Source of the DNA: Podarcis liolepis
Lineage: Eukaryota
Length of the DNA stretch: 64,000 nt
Strand: one strand, 5' to 3'
Assembly: GCA_965112155.1 (NCBI GenBank)
Contig: OZ218104.1
The stretch's first letter is position 1. Every line of letters starts with the position of its first letter. Shown piece after piece: positions 60,872-64,000 of the stretch. The notes beneath the pieces were generated by a model, which did no database searches, was not told the origin of the DNA, and saw only the letters and a program-made list of their open reading frames with translations. The translations under genes and the position numbers were made by a program.

Positions 60872-61976
60872 CCGTGCTAATCTCAGCTTCTGGAGGGTCT
60901 TTGGGCAAGAGTAGCCCCCTCCCTTAGTCAGTATGCCTCTGGCCTATCACCTTCTCGTCTGCCACACAGAGAGCCAATGAACAAACAGGCTGTGGCATCA
61001 ACAGCTTCTCCTCCTCCTCCCTGCCACTGGCGTCTCAGCCAAGCAGGCTGCACTCATGAATGGAGGAGTCAATGGGTCCCCTCCTGGGATGCATGCCTTT
61101 TTTGAGGGGTGCCCAGATGTTCCCAAACTGGGCAACTGCCCACCCTGGACAGGGTTGCACTCCCATGGAAGGAGCTTGGTTGACCAGCTCAGATCTGCCT
61201 CTCTCCATTCGCAACTCCCGTGACCTCTGACCATGGGGCACGCTGGGTTGGAGCTACTGGGAGCTGGACTCCCAATCAACCAGAGGTGACCATGGGAAAA
61301 AGCTGATGCACTGTGCAGGATGGCCCTGAGGCATTGTTGGGAGCCACTTCCTTGTCAGTCCTCCAGAAAGAATGTTCTCCCTTCGGGACCTTTGCTGAGG
61401 AACCTGCCTCCCTGTTGCCTCTCTGATGATTAATGGAAAGCTGGCAGCCCCCCTTCCTCTGCTCAGCCCCCACTTTCTTCAGCTCTTGTGAGACGAGGCC
61501 TCACCTCACTGCCCAGGCCGCTAATTGGATGACAATCAGTTCCAATTTATTCCATTTGGCCCTTCATTTGGGCACAGCCAGCAGCACGGAGGCCGATTTC
61601 AGTCTTTTCTGAGAAGGAGGAAAGCAAAATAAAAAGCCGCAAAGCTAGAAGCTCATCAGGCTTCTGCTAAACAGAACCAAATACGTGTTCTCTCTCTCTC
61701 TCCAACTCCCCCCCCCTCCAAAAAAAGCTGATTGCTGTGTTAATGAAGACAACTGGCCTTGGCATTTAGGAGTTTGCAAGCTTGGTGGTTTGGCTTCTGT
61801 CTCCCAAGCATGAAGACACAATTTTAACAAGTGTCAAAACAGAGCTCAACAAACCAGCAACAGGACACACACACACACACACCCATTGTGTGTGCAAGGA
61901 TTACCAATGTCGTTATTCACGCCTTGCCAATGAGAAAGTTCCTTCAGAACTTCAATTCAAGATGCTGGTGGCTACA

Positions 61977-62142
61977 GCTGCAATCCTGGGCCTGCTTACC
62001 TGGGAGGAAACCACATTGAAATCACTGGGTCTTACTTCTGAGGTGATGCAGGCTGCAATCCTAAGTGCACAGACTAGTGAGCAAGTCCTCTGGAGATGAG
62101 TGAGACTCACTTCCAAGTGAACAGGCATGAAGGCCAGGCTTG
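61977..62142. repeat. Tandem pair of old short palindromic elements (GCTGCAATCC...CATTGAAAT...CTTACTTC)
   Basis: Two diverged units starting GCTGCAATCCT at 61977 and 62052. Related foldback remnants at about 5830-5945 and 45040-45155. Confidence 0.5.
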
Positions 62143-62670
62143 CGTGCCTATAAAAATGTCATCTCTTATCTCTTAACTTGTTTTGCTGTTTCTCATCGCG
62201 CCGCACTGCTGAAGGACTTATATTGCCTTGCTGGTGATTAGGAAGACGGATACTGCAGCTTTAGAGGTTTCCCCCCCTCCTTTCAAACAAGATGACTTGT
62301 GAAGAAGAGAATTCTGCATTTCATCACTGGCAAAGTTAGATGTACCTCTAGCCCAGCCTTGCCCAACCTGGTGCCCTTTTGCAATACAACGCCCACCAGC
62401 CCTAGTAGTTGTGGCTGCGGCTGATGGGATTTGTAAGCCAAAACATCGGGGAGGGGGGAATGACCGCTTTTGCACACTTGGAAGTTTTAGCCTCTCTTCT
62501 GTCTTCTATGCAAGGCATTTCGTACTTGCTCAGGGAAGCATAGACCATTCCAACATTACAAAGAATTGTGTCTTCCTATATTTTACACTTGCTTCCATAA
62601 CTTTCGTCCAAGCACACGAGCAAGGAAAAAACTGAAGCTAGAAGGTGTCCCAATTTAGCACATGGCTTAC

Positions 62671-62760
62671 CATAGCTGTCAACTTTTCCCTTTTCTTGCG
62701 AGGAATCCTATTCGGAATAAGGGAATTTCCCTTTAAAAAAGGGAAATGTTGACAGCTATG
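62671..62760. mobile_element. 90-bp hAT MITE with CATAGCTGTCAAC TIRs
   Basis: Perfect 13-bp TIR. Perfect 8-bp TSD TGGCTTAC at 62663-70 and 62761-68. Confidence 0.9.
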
Positions 62761-63094
62761 TGGCTTACGTATATGATCTATTTTTTAAACTTCTCCCTGT
62801 CCTTGTGAAGCTTGCAGCGCATTATGGTTATTTATTTATTTGTGCCATCCCACAACGCACAAGAACGCTGGCATGGCTCAAGGTTTGGGAGCCGTCGCTG
62901 GAGACATCGCACTGCAATGCATTTCTGCATCGGGAGCCGGGGATCCAAACAATGTATTGTGCCGTTAAGGTTACACATCAAACTTAACCATGAACTTGCA
63001 GCGCTCAAGGGAACAATCACATTATGGCATGTTTTATACGTTTCCCGACACTCTTGAAAATGGGTGCTGAGCCTGGATTTGAAATATAGAATTG

Positions 63095-63398
63095 TTGGTG
63101 TCTAATCTGCCAACCTGGATGGCTTTAAAAGAGAGTTAGAAAAATTCACGGAGGATAAAGCTAGGAATGGCTCCTGACTCTCACGACTATGTTCTGCTTC
63201 CACAGTTGGAGGCAGTGTGCCTCTGGCTACCAGTTGGCTGGGAATCACAAATGGAGAGAACACTGCTGTTGTGCTCAATTCCTGCTTAGGGGCTTCCCAT
63301 GGGGGGCACCTGGTTGGCCACTGTGAGAACCGGATGCTGGACTAGGTGGGCTTCTGGCCTGCCTGATCCAGCAGCATTGTCTCATGTTCTTATGTTCA
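63095..63398 (+). mobile_element. CR1 3' end
   Basis: GGATGGCTTTAAAAGAG...GGCCACTGTGAGAAC.GGATGCTGGACTAG...ATGTTCTTATGTTC. Confidence 0.8.
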
Positions 63399-63434
63399 GA
63401 AAGAGCAGCCAGGCACCATGCAGATGATTTGCAG

Positions 63435-64000
63435 AACATGGACCACTTATAAACGTCACCTCCAGCTCCTCGAAAGATTCCATCAATGGTGTCTCCGAAG
63501 GTTTTTACACATCACTTGGGAAGACAGGCAAACTAATGCCTGAGTACTGGAAGAAGCAAAGATCACCAGTGTTGAAGCAATGATTCTTCAACATCAATTT
63601 TGTTGGACTAGTCATGTTGTGCGGATGTCTTCCAAAGCAACTACTCTATTCTGAACTTTAGAATGGAAAGCGTAATGATGGTGGTCAACAAAAGAGGTTT
63701 AAAGACTCTCTCAAGGCAAATCTAAAAAAATGTAGTATAAACACCGACAACTGGGAAACACTGGCCTACGAGCGCTCCAACTGGAAAACAGTCTTTACCA
63801 AAGGTGTCACGGGCATTGAAGTCGCTCAAACTCAGGATGAAAGGGAGAAACATGCTAAGAGGAAGGCACGCTTGGCAAACCCTCACTGTGATCATCTCCC
63901 GCCCAGAAATCAATGTCCCCACTGTGGAAGGATGTGTGGATCCAGAATTGCTCTTTGCAGTCATTTACGGACTCACTGTTAAAACTGTGTTTATGGAAGA
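63435..64000 (+). mobile_element. RTE-clade LINE 3' region (non-BovB), degraded
   Basis: Broken frames read ERFHQWCLR..LHITWEDR..VLEEAKITSVEAMILQHQ..W..HVVRM, PKQLLYSEL, GGQQKRFKDSLK, and a terminal CPHCG motif. Confidence 0.8.

Overview
Vertebrate genomic DNA, almost certainly a squamate and most likely a lacertid lizard (Sauria/Squam1 SINEs, Squam3-type SINEs with (CTT)n tails, BovB, squamate-type CR1/L2). I could not identify any host protein-coding exon or bona fide RNA gene. The protein-like ORFs all come from transposable elements (CR1, L2, L1, BovB/RTE, Rex1, Tc1), and the rest of the ORF track looks like chance. The window looks like a large intron or gene desert. It is a dense, often nested mosaic of LINE 3' fragments, at least four SINE types, hAT and pogo/Tigger MITEs with intact TIRs/TSDs, two solo LTRs and microsatellites, with a 148-N gap. 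Between these lie repeat-free, TAAT/CpG-bearing blocks that resemble conserved non-coding enhancers (inference only). Most notable: (i) a ~93-bp Penelope-derived insertion with an 11-bp TSD that is essentially a minimal type I hammerhead ribozyme; (ii) a three-level MITE>Tc1>CR1 nest that creates an in-frame transposase/RT chimeric ORF; (iii) SINEs sharing one CR1 tail but carrying different tRNA heads (Ile vs Lys); (iv) a young hAT MITE carrying TTAGGG/G4 repeats; (v) a head-to-head CR1 inverted pair. I found nothing I can defend as a wholly new biological system. Family names come from recognising motifs by eye, not from database searches.
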